DNA of 64,000 nucleotides from Octopus vulgaris (Eukaryota), in contig OX597822.1 of NCBI GenBank assembly GCA_951406725.2, forward strand, positions 22,878,001 through 22,942,000, read 5' to 3'. The position numbers and the translations under genes were made by a program. Under the pieces are notes generated by a model. That model was not told the origin of the DNA, ran no database searches, and saw only the letters and a program-made list of their open reading frames with translations. Each line of letters begins with the position of its first letter. Positions within the stretch are counted from its first letter, which is position 1. Of this stretch, positions 1 through 13,969 are shown one piece after another.

Positions 1-196
1 TCAGCCAACGCATGATTCTGGGTATTGCCTATTGTTTTCACGTTCGCATCATTTATTAGTTTTCATTTTTACTATATTCATAACTCCAACTTATTTTAGA
101 TTTATTATTCCATCATACAAAATACTACTTCGATCTGCATAATAAAATCACTCATAATGAGCACTGGCCAAAATTCTTACCATACACGAACATTAT

Positions 197-475
197 TTTC
201 CGGACGAAATACTTAGTGGTATTTCGTTTGCCGCTACGTTCTGAGTTAAAATTCCGCCGAGGTCGACTTTGCATTTCATCCTTTCAGGATCGATTAAATA
301 AGTACCAGTTACGCACTGAGGTCGATATAATCGACTTAATCCGTTTGTCTGTCCTTGTTTGTCCTCTCTGTGTTTAGCCCCTTGTGGGCAGTAAAGAAAT
401 AGGTATTTCGTCCGCCTGTCTCTACGTTCTGAGTTCAAATTCCGCCGAGGTCGAATTTGTCTTTCATCCTTTCGA
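197..475 (+). mobile_element. SINE family A (partial tandem copy); other copies ~45790-46028 (-), ~56352-56590 (-), ~23352-23545 (-), ~52530-52750 (+)
   Basis: Recurrent gagttcaaattccgccgaggtcgactttgcctttcatcctttcgggg core with B-box-like motif. Confidence 0.85.
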
Positions 476-3400
476 GTTTAATGACACGAGCACGGGATTC
501 TTTGTAATCTACTAGTCCCTTCCCCTACAATTTCGAAAAGAATTATTATCACTAATGGATACCAGTGGAAAATCCCTGGGCGGCAAATATTCGGTTTTCC
601 TCGAAGCAGGCATCGTGAAAGTATCTAACTAAAACGACTGGAATTTCCATATATTTAAACAGTAACTAATTGCCTATGATGCCAACTCATTTTATAAGTA
701 GATTATTGTTTGCCAAAGTGAAAACGGTATGTTACTGCCCCAGGATTGTCAAGATAAAGGTTACAAATTTTTGTGTTTATTGTCTCCCCTAATAACGTTT
801 CGTTTAAGGTGTCTAAGTCAAGGGGTTTAGTATTTTCAGGATTAAAGGCATTTAGAACCCATGGGAACTGAAATGGGCCCCTAAGTAGAATTAGGACATA
901 TAACTGTTGCTTTCTTAACCAGAACGTGCAAATAATACTCGTAAATTAGGGATACTGAATTCTGAGATCACAGTTGGCGGCCATTTCATCAATGTTAGTC
1001 AAATAGTATGCGGGGTACAATGTAAAGGACCAAGTATACAGAAGACCATCTTCACCGCAATCAGAATATTTTCTTGCAAAAATGAAGAAGGCTAGGATTA
1101 TAAGTATAACAATGTTTGTGTAGATTTATTTATTGTTCCAGGCGTTCAAAAGAATATATATATACATGTATATATATGAATGCAATTTTAGCGAAGAGTA
1201 TACCGTAGGATAATTGATTGCTAAGATGAGGGAGACAGATTGGAATTAAACTTTCCAAAAAAGACACTGAAATAGGGAAGTGATAAAAAGCAACATTTAA
1301 GTTCACGTTTTAATCAAATTTAGTTACTGTGAAGCTATTTAATATTGTTGAGATAAGTAAAGATATTTTACTACATTTGTAACCAGGGTAGAAACAAAAT
1401 GACACCACTGTTCACGGGCCCTAGACTCGACACGACCTGTTTTACAATTCCAAGGAACATTTTCTCTCAAATAAACGTATACAAGAAATTATGACCAAAA
1501 AAAGTCTCAGAATGGCGAGTTCTAATTACAGATTTTAAGAAAACAATTATACGTCTAAATGATCAAAAATAATTTTTATACAAGAATTAAATTATATATG
1601 CGTTCGAATTTTGTATGAATTAGGAAACGGTGGCGAGTGAAAATTTTGTGAATAGAATAAACTTTCACCTTATATTGACTAAATTGTTTAATATGAGGAT
1701 ATATAAACTCCCATAAAGGAAAATAAGGTGAGTATTCGGTTCCAAAGCTATGGAGTTTATATGTCCTAACATCAGACCATTTCTACAGTCGATATATAGT
1801 GAAAGCTTATAATTCTATTTATGAAATATATATTTGTATAGCTACCTCATATTAGAAAACATTTTTTATACAAGTCAAACTAAGTTATTTATCGAGATAA
1901 AAAGATTCATGGAATTAGTAAAATTTGGTACCTGGCTTCCTAATATATAAATTTGACCACATATTGTGTAAAGAGCAATTTAAAAACTGCTTCTTACGTT
2001 TTACTATTACCAACGATCGAAATAATAGTGTTAGCAAGATAGGTGGTTTATAAGTGTAAACAAGCTGATATTTAATATAATTAGTTGCATTACAGTGACT
2101 AGCGATAACACGATAACGTATAGACAGCGTATATCTTGTAGGGGAGAGAGAGAGAGAGGGGGAGAACTGAAGGATCAAAGGAGTTGAGAATGACTAACGT
2201 AGAGGAAATTCCTCGTAGGTTGGAAAAGTAGTAGTTTAAGCCTGAATCAATCTTCATTAAGTTGAGTTATGAGGAAAGAAGCCTCCCACCATTAACTAAT
2301 GATTTTTCTTTTCTTTTGAAAGCAGCAGTACGTCGAACGAACGCGTAGAATTGTGATTCTTAAACCTGCGACTTCGCTTATTTAAAATATTTAGGGATTC
2401 AGAAAAGCTAAACTAATGCTTGATTGAACATTTTTAAAAACCTGTTAGTCATAACTTGCTTACAGTCAAATATGATTTATAAAAAGCAAGGGTTATCTAT
2501 ATTTTAAAACTTTTCTTGCTAAGTACATCAATAGATTTCTTTGTAACTGATCTCAAGCGGACCAGGAAGCACAAAACACTGGTTTTCCAGTTATAATCAT
2601 CCTGTATATTTGTTAGTGATGGAAGGCGCTGTATTCAAGGGTTTACTCAATTATACGGACTTCAGTTACTTCATGCTAGTCTTGAATGGATTTTATCGGC
2701 TGCAATTTGTCAAACTGATTATTTATGGGGCACAAGCAATGGTACCAGTTTTACAATGTTCTCAAGAGAACATGTATCCCCGTCAGCCGAATTCTACTGA
2801 AAAGGCAATGGCTAATCTGATGTAAGGATACACAAAGTTGTAAAGAACCACAAATCACGTGACTGTTTGAAGTTCGCCTTCAAAGTGATCAAATCCACTA
2901 TGACGGGTGTTGTATCCTTTAAGACAAAATTATTTTAACACATAAATAGAATTATACATAAACAATATTTATTTCACAATCTGCACCAAGAAGGTCACAC
3001 AGGCAGGTTTGTGTCGATGCAGAAAAATATTGTATATATAATCGAATTCAACTGGAAGATATTAACTGTCAAAAAATATATTTTTTTATTTTGACAATTA
3101 TTACATGTCTACAAACCATCTTCAAGAAGTATGCTTTAGCGTTGCTAAACTGAAGGTAGTAGCACGAACCAAAACAGAATATACCAATCCCACTCTCTCT
3201 CTCCCTCGAATAGAGCGCAGCGAGGTGAATGAACTTAGTATGAGAATTCATATAGACAAAGAAATAAAATAAAAAATTAAGCAGCCCCCACCCAGCCACA
3301 CTGCAAGTTAGTACCAAGCAACAAAATAAACAGGTCAATAACTTTTTGAGAGATATAGTTGTTATTTCAATACTAATGGAGAATATTGTCTAATTCTTTT

Positions 3401-6400
3401 AGTAGGCAGAATACTAAAGTTAAAATAATTTTGGATATGAAAAAGAGATTAGATGATTATTTGTAACTTGTTTAAAAAATATCTCTGCAATGTGTTTAAT
3501 TAATTCTATGAAAACATACCGTTTATACCTCGTTCAGAGATTTATTATTGCATACAGATATGTATATACATATATTGTCGATTACCATATTACAAAGCGC
3601 CATTAAAAGAGGGGAAAAAAACAAACAAAATGAAACCCACCATTTTTAGAACATAAAAAAGAGGAAAATATTACGAACAGAAGTCCGAACATGATCATAC
3701 AGGGAAAATAAATTTAGACCAAACACAAGGTTTAATATGTTTTATATAAACCCATGAGGAAAGATTTGATTATTGCAATCTCGTTCCTGGAAATTATTTT
3801 TTAATACCGTCACGCATGTATTTGGGAAATCTTTAACCCAAACTCGCCAGCATTTGTTGTAATGTTTAGTCTATTAATCCTAATTCGATACATTAAATAA
3901 TAAAGCCCCCAAAGGAAGCAAGCATTAACAACTGACCGAAAGGATTCATTTTAAATTTATCCAAACGTGTATATTTATACATACTCTATTATAGTATAGT
4001 TTTAAGGAGATATGAGAATTTTATGGATGGCATTTATATAATAAAGGAAGCCCATTTTAAATCAGATATACTCCGCCATAGGATGATTTGCCGTAATTAG
4101 TTTCATTAAAAGATCTTTTTTTACTAAAGTATGAATGAGTGATCAAACTTCATTTTTTTCAGCAACGAATTTTTAATTACTTGACCGAAGATAATAAACA
4201 TTGTGAAGTAGAAAGAAAAGCTAAGATGAATAATTTTTATCTTTTCAAACAAGATGAATACCTCAACTACTTTAAAACGTTTTAAATATTGAAAACAAAA
4301 AAAATTAACCCGAAAATTAAGTATTTTTCATAAAATAAATATACCTTAACAGTCGACGGTGATGGAAAAATGTCACAAATTTTTATACCAATGTCATAAC
4401 CAAAGAAATATTTATACCCTACCTAAACTGTTGGGGAGTATATTAACTTGCTTGTGATTAAAAATCAAATAATTTAATTATACAGTTAGGATCTACAAAC
4501 GAAAAAAAAGTCTTCTATTTCCATCATAAACACGTGGATTATTATTTTAATTTAAAATTCTTTGTAAAAACGGAATCGAGAAAGCAAAATGGCGTTACAA
4601 GCTCCTCTTTACTCTATTATTTGTATCTAACATAAAATATCCAGCAAGGAACAGCTTCTATGTAAACCATTTACATAGTTCAGACCGAAAATAATTTCTA
4701 AGAAATTCAATGAATATATATAGTTCAAGAATATCATTGTTTTCGTTATACTTTCGTGAAAACCCAGCGAAGTTTGCCTTTGAAAGTAAATAATATATGA
4801 ATATGAAAGTATATAGGTTTCAGCCATATTAAGATACAATCACTGAGAGAGAGAGATGCCTAGACTAGCGGCTGATGGTATGAATTCAAATATATATATT
4901 ATGTATTTATAACAGAAAGGTGCACCATGATGTAAAGAAAAAAAAATCTAACGTTTCAAACAGTGTATTTCACACAAACATATTCTATTCCGTTGTAAAC
5001 GGGCTTCTTTTTTTTTTTTTTTTTTTTTCGGCCATGTTAAAATCTATTTCTGGTCGTTCGTCGCTTCAGGACAAAAGTTAACAAAAAAATGGTTTAAAAA
5101 CAAACAAAACAGAACAAATGAACACAAAGTACCTTATGATAAATAAAGCGATCTCAAAAGAAATTACTTGAATGGCAGTTCTTACATGTAGTCCAGTTTA
5201 AAGTTGAAATAAAGCTTTTAAAAAAATTACGTTCTGCACTAATCATCAGCTTCGTTTAAGACTAATGCAGATTACGGCTAACACGTTAGACTTCCGCAGC
5301 GAATCTGAAGGTTGTGTTTGTTTTAAATAACGAAAAGGAAAAAAATACTAGATGGGAATATTTCACATACATATGTATTTGTTTATTTTAAATATTCAAA
5401 TTAATCATTTCGAGTGGGTGTTTAATATTTTGTTGGATAGTTTCTCGTTTTTCATATACTAATTATTTGCTGCTTTAGAAACGCTGTCAGATACAATGGC
5501 AAAGAAAACACGTGATTCATTTTGATTTTAGTGGAAGAGGATAATCGGAATTTAGCGGAATAGAATTTATATTTGAAAAAAACATTCTTTCAGAATGAAA
5601 ATGTACAATATAACTAATTTTTTAAAAATTATCGAAAAATTAAAATTACCTTGTTCCTTTAAAAATTAACATTAAAAATACAAATCTAACGAAATATTAA
5701 AAAAAAAGAAGAAAAATCTATGCAAAGCATTACCTTCTCTATAATGCAGGCTCTCGACTACATTTGTGTGTAAGAATTATGATATTGTAGCGTTAATGCC
5801 TTTCTTAATGATATGTGTAATGGCTGTTATGAGAGCAATAGCCACCTGGTTCGGTATTTAGGGAACCACTAGGTTATTTTAAATTTCAGGACACCTGCCC
5901 TCTACTTGGAGTAAACAACCTATGTCATATATATCTATTTATCCCCATCTCCAAAATCATCTTTTGAATAAGATTTCAAGAATAAATATTTGTAACATTC
6001 TATCGTAGTGTGTTTTTACTTCTATTCTAAGCTTTATTAAATTTGTTTTGCTTTTTTTAAAATGTTTATTATTTCAATTCAGCCGCTTTTATATGACAGT
6101 GCGTTGTGATATTAAAATGAGATATTTAAGTAACTGTTTACTAAGGACCGTTGGAAAAGGGTGTGACATAGAAGAAAATAGTTTGTTTTTGTTTTTTAAA
6201 TAATGATATAACTTTTGAAAGTTTTAATCTTAGATAATTTCAGTGTGCGTATTTATAGGTGTGTAATAAAAATGTGAGGCAGGGGGACACAGCAAAGGAA
6301 TTTACAGAAGAAATACAACGGGCGCGGACAAGCTCAGCTTTCCTTCTGCAGTTGCTCACTAAATATCATATACATATATGTATATTTTAAATTATAGGGT

Positions 6401-6564
6401 AAAAATTCAATGTTAATTGTTTATTACTAGTGGCCAGCGTGAGTAAAATGTCCGTAGACTGCAAATATTTATTATATTATGTGTATAAGAGTCATACACT
6501 GATGGAAAAACCACTTAGTGGTTTTTCATCAGTGTATAACTCTTATACACACATATAAAATACA

Positions 6565-6611
<47 letters not shown>

Positions 6612-7689
6612 ACATATACACACGTGATTGTCAACATATTATATACGCGTAATCGTCATTATACTGTATATATAAGTATATATACACACATAAAATTATG
6701 ACAATATGTACTTTCGCTTTATTATTATGTTGGATGAGTGAAGTATCAGAAATTAGTGTCTTGTAGTATATAGTTACAGTTCTTTATATTCTTGGTTCAA
6801 ATCTAACTGAGGGCAACTTTGTCCTCCATTCTTCCAGATCGATAACAAAAGGCACTGGTCGATTAATGGATCAATTTATATTCTTATTAATCTATCTACC
6901 ATATAAATGGAATTATAATAGAAAATGATTTCAACCACACCAAAGGCAATCCCACATAAATTCGAGGAAACAATTTCTTTTCCAGAATACAGAGCATTGT
7001 TTATAAGCTAATATACGTGGTAGCAAAATGTTTTTAGATTCTTGATTAGAACGAATAGCATACGCAACCACGATATTATGTATGAGACACTCAGTTAAGA
7101 CAGATCGAAGACTTGCTTCACAGGATCGATGTTGCATCAATGAGTCATGATTAAAATGGTCACTATGAAAGTCTACTTTATCATTAATAGAAAGTGAATA
7201 TATATATATATATCGTTTGTCAAAAACATAAATCCGAAAGAAGCGCACTCTAAGATGTAGAACAGTATATATTAGAAATAGCCTCAGGCTGACCAAAAGC
7301 GTGGTGAGTGGATTTGGTGGACGGAAACTAAAAGAAGCCTGCCGTGAATATATATATATATGTGTGCGTGTGTTTGCCCCCCCCCCCAATCGCTTGGCAA
7401 CCGATGCTGGTGTGTTTACGCCCCTGTAACTTAGCTGTTTGGCAAAATACACCGATAACGTAAGTACTAAGGTTACAAAGGATAAGTACTGGGGGTCAAT
7501 TCACACAACTAAAGGCGGTGCTCCAGCATGGCTGGAAGAAGTAAAAGAAAAAAAAGAATATATATATGTATATATATATGTGCGTGAGTCGTCTAAGAGA
7601 CCATATGTCAGGGAAAAGATGCACTCGTATATCTGTCAGTACAGTGGGTATGTATATATATATGTGTGTGTGTGTGTATATATATATAT

Positions 7690-7872
7690 AGTTAATCCAA
7701 ACAGGAAAACACAATGAAGCGAGGATGTGGAACAAGTATAGTGTTATTGGACGCTCAGGAAAGAAAGAAAGAAGGAGGATTTTAACGTTTTGAGCGGAGC
7801 TCTTCGTCAGAAACATAGGAAAAGGAAAGATCGAAGGAAGGGAAGACAGAGGAAAAAAATCGCCAACGATAC
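7690..7872 (-). mobile_element. Third copy of the ~190-bp hammerhead-bearing element, within (TA)n
   Basis: Reverse complement matches 22604-22790; motif at 7781-7813 with GAAA mutated to AAAA. Confidence 0.75.
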
Positions 7873-7881
7873 ACACGCGGT

Positions 7882-7928
<47 letters not shown>

Positions 7929-7953
7929 ATGTATGTGTGCTTGTATGTATGTA

Positions 7954-9092
7954 CAAGCTGAATAGCTCGTCATTGCCAGGCAATTTTTACACTAGAATAT
8001 CTTGTATAAATTTTTACTTATTCCATGGCAGACCATGCCTTCCCCGACAGATAAGCCTCTTGATCAGGACAGATTTGTGCAATTTTTCGCATAAAAAACT
8101 TTGTTGATGACTTTTTTCTTTTTACATTATTTACATGTCCATTCGACCGTTTCACATGATTATTCCTTACAACTTATTAAAATTTTAGCAGTTCTTACAA
8201 CTTTGGTTGTCATAATGCTTTGCTTTCGTTTGTTTAATAAAAATTCCTCCTTGTAATGCCAGCTTCCAAATCCTGTTTTCTGATTAGGTAAAATTGATTA
8301 AACTTTAAACCTCACTAACATTTTCCTGCAATCTTTCTGGAATAAATAAATAACAAAATTGCATTTAATGTGGAAAATTATTTCAATATACTAAATTTGA
8401 AAATTTTGACGTAATTTTAAAATTTCACAATATGTGACAGCCAAAGAGACAGACAATTATAGGGCATCACATACACACACACATTTACAAATGTACGGGT
8501 AACCACGAGTTTAAAATGGCCTCTGGTAGACATACGTATGTATGCATGCATGTATTAATGTATGTATGTATGTGTGTGTCTGTGTGTGAGCATTTCTTGG
8601 CGATGGACAGCAGAAAAGCCACCTACCCTCTCCTTAAAGCTACGTATTCCTCACACCCACCTTTCTTTCCTTTCTTCAGCATTTTAAACGTTACTTATGT
8701 GCTTGTGTGTATGCATCTATCTATGTATTTATGAAAGTATGTATGCAGCATCACATGTATATGACAGCTGTGTTAATGTTATCATTCCACTGCCACTCCA
8801 TATTTGTTGCTTACACAACGTTGTTCTCCCCTTCTCCGATATCAGTCACACTCACTATGCCACTGCATTTTCCTCGCACTAACATTCTTTGCACCCTTCT
8901 CAATTTATGATATAATAGCCCAACCCCACTAGGGGCCCCCTTATAGATTATTATTGCAATCTAATTAGCCTATAATTGAACTGGATGTTAGTTTAGTATA
9001 CATGCAAAGTTTCATCAAGATTGGTTCACTGGTGTAGGCAGCAAGATGGTAATAGACAGATCGACAGATAGAAAATGCCATTTATATATAAC
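7954..9092 (-). mobile_element. Older Helitron-like non-autonomous element
   Basis: Ends resemble 18724-19294: degenerate CTAG/hairpin end; aagtttcatcaagattgg...gacaga repeats...tttatatata at the other end. Confidence 0.45.
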
Positions 9093-9375
9093 ATATATAT
9101 GTGTATGTATATATGTATGTATATATATGCATATATATATATATATACATGTGTGTATATATATATATGTATGTATGTATATATATGCATATATATACAT
9201 GTGTGTATATATATATGTATGTATATATATGCATATATATATATATACATGTGTGTATATATATATGTATATATATGCATATATATATATATGTATGTAA
9301 ATATTTATGTATATATATGCATATATATATATATACATGTATGTAAATATATATGTATATATATATGCATATATC
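9084..9375. repeat. Compound (TA)n/TATG/TGCA microsatellite, one of many
   Basis: Direct reading; source of the spurious YIYI ORFs. Confidence 0.95.
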
Positions 9376-12300
9376 ATCATCATCGTTTAGCATCCGCTTT
9401 CCATACTGGCATGGGTTGGACGGTGCAGCTGGGGTCTGGGAAGCCAGAAGGCTGCACCAGGCCCAGTCTGATCTGGCAATGTTTCTACGGCTGGATGCCC
9501 TTCCTAACGCCAACCACTCCATGAGTGTAGTGGGTGCTTTTTACGTGCCACCTGCACAGGTGCCAGACAAGTCTAGCAAACAGCCACGGTCAGATGGTGC
9601 TTTTTATGTGCCACCGGCACGTAGGCCAGGCGAGGCTGGCAACAGCCACGATTGGATGGTGCTTTTTACGTGCCACCGGCACGGAAGCCGGTCAGGGCGG
9701 CACTGGCAACGGCCACGTTTGGATGGTTCTCTTATGTGCCACCAGCACTGAATCACAATGACAATTTCCATTCATGTTGATCGATTTTTGATTTTGTCAT
9801 TTTTTGATTTTCACTTGCCTTAACAGGTCTTCGCAAGTAGGGTTTTGTGTCCCAAGAAGGAAAGGTATGCATAAGTGGACTGAGGCCATGGGTGATGGTC
9901 TCACTTGTCCTGCCGGGTCTTCTCACGCACAGCATACTTCCAAAGTTCTTGGTCTCTAGTCATTTCCTCGGTGAGACCTAAAGTTCGAAGGTCGTGCTTC
10001 ACCACCACATCCCAGGTTTTCCTGGGTCTGCCTCTTCCACAGATTCCCTCAACAGCTAGGGTGTGGCACTTTTTCACACAACTATCTTCATCCATTCTCG
10101 CCACATGGCCATACCAGCGCAAACGTCTCTCTTGCACACCACAACTGATGCTTCTTAGGTCCAGCTTTTCTCTCAAGGTACTTACACTCTGCCGAGTATG
10201 AGTACTGACATTACACATCCATCGGAGCATACTGGCTTCATTTCTTGCGAGCTTACGCATATCCTCAGCAGTCACGGCCCATATAGCATGGCTGTTCGTA
10301 CACAAGCATCATACAGTCTACCTTTTACTCTGAGCGAGAGGCCTTTTGTCCCTAGCAGAGGCAAGAACTCTCTGAACTTTGCCCAAGATATTCTTACTCT
10401 AGCAGTTACACTTTCAACACACCCGCCCCCGCTACTGACTTGGTCACCAAGGTAACGGAAGCTATCAACTATTTCTAGTTTTTCTCCCTGGAAAGTGACG
10501 GAAATTGGTCTCAGAGCATTTTCAGTGTTTATTGCTCCTGAGCATCTGCCACATACAAAAACTATCTTCCTAGTTAGCCTTCCCTTGACGTTGCTGCACC
10601 TCTTGTGTGTCCATAGCTTACACTTGGTGCATCTTATAGAGTTTCTACCTACGCCTTTCCTACAGATCAAGCAAGGCCATCTACCTGAAGGCGTTTGTGA
10701 CTTGTCTACCTTCCTACTTATTAAGGACTTTGGTTTTAGCTAGGTTGACTCTAAGGCCCTTCGATTCTAATCCTTGCTTCCACACCTGAAACTTCTCCTC
10801 CAGTTCTGATAGTGACTCAGCAATTAGAGCAAGGTCATCAGCATAGAGGAGCTCCCAGGGGCATCCTGTCTTGAATTCCTCCGTTATTGCCTGGAGGACT
10901 AGGATAAATAGGAGGGGGCTGAGGGCTGAACCTTGGTGGACCCCTACCTCTACCCGGAATTCTTCACTGTACTTGTAGCCAACCCTCACCTTACTAGCAG
11001 TGTCCCTGTACATGGCTTGCACAGCTCTCACTAACCATTCATCTATCCCTAGTTTCCTCATTGACCACCAGATAAGGGATCAGGGGACCCTGTCGAAAGC
11101 TTTCTCCATGTCAACGAAAGCCAGGTACAGGGGCTTATCTTTGGCTAGATATTTCTCCTGCAGCTTTCTTACCAGGAATATGGCATCAGTGGTGCTTTTC
11201 CCTGGCACGAATCCAAACTGCATCTCATCTAAACTAACTCTCTCTCTAATTAGTTGGGCTATGACCCTCTCCATAACCTTCATTACCTGATCCAACAGCT
11301 TGATACCTCTGTAATTATTTGTATCTAGGGCGTCACCTTTACCTTTGTAGCAGTTGACTATTATGCTGCTACACCAGTCATTGGCTTTGACTCCTTCGTA
11401 TATTACCTGGTTAACTATATGGGTGACTAGGCTATAGCCGACACTACCAGATATTTTGAGCATCTCTGCAGTAATTCCTGATGTGCCTGGGGCTTTCCCT
11501 GTCTTCATGCTTCTAATTGCCTCAATTACCAAGGAACTGTCAACTCGGATAGCTGGTCCCTCTGTTGGGTCGACATTCGGCAGACTCTCTTTATCCCATT
11601 CATTTTCTTCATTCAGCAACCTTTCATAGTGGCGTCTCCACACCTCTCTCTTTGCATCCTTATTTAGCGCAAGTGAACCATCATCCATGCAAACACATTT
11701 CTCTCCTACAACATCAAGATTCTCTCTCACACACTGTCTTGCAACGCAAAATACCTCAAGTCTTTGGTCCTCACAGCGCAGAACATTGGCAAATTTTTTC
11801 TTATCTGCTTCCCCTCTGGCTAAATAAACCTGTCTCCTAGCTTCTCTTTTGGCAGTCTGATACAATTCCCTGCGACCCTCATTTTTCCAGTCCTTCCAAG
11901 CCTGTCTCTTTTCTCTAATAGCCCTGTCTACAACATTGTTCCACCACCACGTTATTCTAGGTCGAGAGGGGGCTTTGCACCAGCCACAGATCTGGTCAGT
12001 GGCTCTCAGCAGGTTGTCCCTTAGAAACGTCCAGTTGTCTTCTATCCCCTTCTACTTTGTCAAAGGCTTCAAGTAATACGTCCCTAAATCTCTGTCCATT
12101 TGCAGGATCTTTAAGCTTCCAGATCCTTCTTCTCCATATTGGTCGTCTTCTGGTCGTCCTCTTAGTCCTGATCCTAAAGTCACTAACTACCAGTCTATGT
12201 TGTGGGGTACATTCTTTGCCTGGGAGGGTTTTGGCATTTATAAGCAGCCATCTTTCCCTTTTCCTGGCAAGGATGTAGTCAATTTGGCTGGTATGTCGAC

Positions 12301-13559
12301 CCGATCGGTAGGTGACTAGGTGGCTGGTAGGTTTCCTGAAGTTAGTGTTGCAAACCATGAGATCATTTGTGTCGCAGAACTCCAGTTGCCTGGTTCCCTC
12401 CTCGTTGCGAGAACCATAGCCATAGCCTCCATGTACACCATGGAAGCCCCCAGCATGTTTTGCAACATGCCCATTGAAATCGCCAGCCACAAAGAGAAGG
12501 TCTCTGTCGTTCGTCAACGAGGTAGTCTGTAGTAAGGCATCATAGAATTGGTCTTTCTGTCCATCGGGTAGCCCTGGCTGAGGGGCATAGGCCGATATAA
12601 TGGTTGCTAATCCATGATGAAGCACTATTCTAATCTTAAGTATTCTGTCACTTACTCTGATTACCTCAAGTACCTTATCTACCAATTTTTCAGCGAGAAG
12701 TAAACCCATGCCTCCAAACCCGTCAGTGTTTCCTGCCCAGAAAATCTTGTACCTGTGTCCTTTGCCTGTGAGGAACCTAGCAGAACCGCCTCTCCACCTT
12801 ACTTCTTGGATGCAACATATATCAACATGTCTCCGTTCAAGCATCTCAACAATCTCACCAGACCTACCTTTCAGTGTGCCTATGTTGAGAGTGCCAACCT
12901 TGAGGGTGTGGAAGGTATGGGCCCTAGAGGCCCTGGGACAGGGAGCAGTGGCGTCATGTACCTGAAAAGAAAGCTCACATTTGGCAGAATTCATAAGCAA
13001 AGCAATGATCTTAAGTTCAACCTGCTACACTACACTATCATGTTTTGCGGCGTATGGTCACTACCTTATATAGTAGGGGTGGTGTTGGCTTAAGGCCTTT
13101 AGGTGTTCATGGAAGAAAAGCAAAGGAAGACAAGATGAGATAAGGACTTCAGGTACAGGTGGAGGGGGTGGGAGGGTGGGCGCCACCGCGCACTATGAAC
13201 GATGGAGTAGGAATTTAAGCGACAGAAAGACTGATAGATGAGGGAGAAAGACAAGATTTGAGACGAAATGCTTTGTGCTCGTGTGAATAAGTTTCTATGA
13301 GTGAAGGCATATGTTGTGGAGAAATGCTTGAGCTAGCATTTGAGACGAAAGACAACGACAATAAGAAAGAGGAAACAATAAGGTTTTATGGTGATAATAC
13401 TCGCAAAAAACAATGAAAGGAGGAACAAGTCGAAATCTTAAAAATATCTTAGCTGCTATTTTTAATCCTGAGGTTCGTGTTTCGTGTGTTACAGCCAGGG
13501 GTATGGAAGTAAGAATAGAAAGGGTCAAGCCGCGTGCATTGGTTTTTATAGGGGAGGGA
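9376..13559 (-). mobile_element. Near full-length RTE-clade LINE, inactivated
   Basis: APE endonuclease (TLNIGTL, CIQEVRW, SAYAPQ, GDFNGHV, QIDYIL; 11996-13000); RT (NYRGIKLL, QFGF.PGKST.DAIF, VDMEKAFD, VHQGSALSP.LF, LYADDL); RTE C-terminus (LRWYGHV.RM, GRGRPRKTW); (GAT)n tail at ~9376; one nonsense codon and three frameshifts; similar ~50-bp TA-rich flanks that may be a TSD. Confidence 0.95.
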
Positions 13560-13605
13560 TATATGCATATATATATATACATGTATGTAAATATATATAT
13601 ATATG

Positions 13606-13652
<47 letters not shown>

Positions 13653-13919
13653 ATGTATATATACATATATATTTATATATACACGTATGTATGTATATAT
13701 ATATATATATAAATATAATTATAATAATAAGGGTTTTTTGCAACAAGTTGCTTAAACCACATATGGAAAATTTTAGAAATAGCAGCCAAAAGACTACTAT
13801 TTCCTTTTGCTACAAAAATAAGTCTCCACAGACAACAATATTTGTAACTCACATATGGCAAAAAAAGTAGAAAAATAATGAAATCACACAGTCTTCGGTT
13901 AATTATGGACATACGTTTC

Positions 13920-13969
<50 letters not shown>

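Noticed and set aside
2610-2825. Short ORF or possible exon in the TE-poor block
   Set aside because: No recognisable homology and no consistent splice chain.
9015-9524. Many Y/I/C/M-rich ORFs (also 13295-14060 and 15399-15758)
   Set aside because: Translations of (TA)n/(TG)n microsatellites.
13060-13559. HDV-like ribozyme expected in some RTE 5' UTRs
   Set aside because: I could not identify the nested double-pseudoknot pairings by eye; this needs a descriptor search.
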